Source: Phoronis australis (taxonomy: Eukaryota; Animalia; Phoronida). From it: 64,000 bases of DNA. The DNA lies in contig NMRA01000039.1 in the NCBI GenBank assembly GCA_002633005.1, positions 489,225 to 553,224 on the forward strand, read 5' to 3'. The stretch's first letter is position 1; every line of letters begins with the position of its first letter. The notes below the pieces were generated by a model that was not told where the DNA came from, searched no databases, and saw nothing but the letters and a program-made list of their open reading frames with translations. The position numbers and the translations under genes are program-made. Below, one piece after another: positions 63,769 through 64,000 of the stretch.

Positions 63769-63838
63769 TAGACGTCTAGCTGAGAAGAGGCACCTTAAGG
63801 TTGAGAAAGACAAAAAGAAGAAGAAGAAAGCACTATAA
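63769..63838 (+). CDS. NHEJ1: NHEJ1 last exon 3' end (RRLAEKRHLKVEKDKKKKKKAL*)
   Basis: Overlaps the sequence of the truncated exon at 57705-57745 and supplies the stop codon. Confidence 0.85.
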
Positions 63839-64000
63839 TCAAACTATTAGTTTATTCAGCCTTATTTGACCATTATAAGCACACTTTACTTATGCTGAAT
63901 ACTAAATAAGATTAAAAAATAACCTTCAGCTAAGCATACGGCTAAAAATTTGTTGAAGAGGGTAAACACCTGTGATGTTGGCACACGGGTGTGATCCGGA

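Overview
This is eukaryotic, AT-rich, intron-rich animal genomic DNA. It is probably from a marine invertebrate such as a non-vertebrate deuterostome (inference only). Single 'n' characters mark contig joins. Three protein-coding genes can be reconstructed by hand from GT-AG exons whose phases match. (1) The 5' part of a BAZ2A/B (toutatis-type) chromatin gene lies on the minus strand: 15 coding exons, 19798->78, 827 codons, including an AT-hook, the MBD/TAM domain and a coiled coil. It runs off the left edge and has candidate 5' exons near 32.0 and 36.1 kb. (2) A GGACT (gamma-glutamylamine cyclotransferase, A2LD1) gene lies on the minus strand. Its single first coding exon is followed by TWO intact, diverged, in-phase terminal exons. 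(3) NHEJ1/XLF lies on the plus strand (7 coding exons, about 298 aa), head-to-head with GGACT. Its 3' half is repeated across n-joined segments, mostly as assembly or haplotype redundancy, but one copy of exon 5 has lost its splice donor. Introns hold many non-autonomous DNA-transposon-like elements, a tRNA-derived SINE, a possible solo LTR and short tandem duplications. The most notable observations are the two-isoform GGACT architecture, repeated duplication of BAZ2B splice donors, and a putative null XLF allele.
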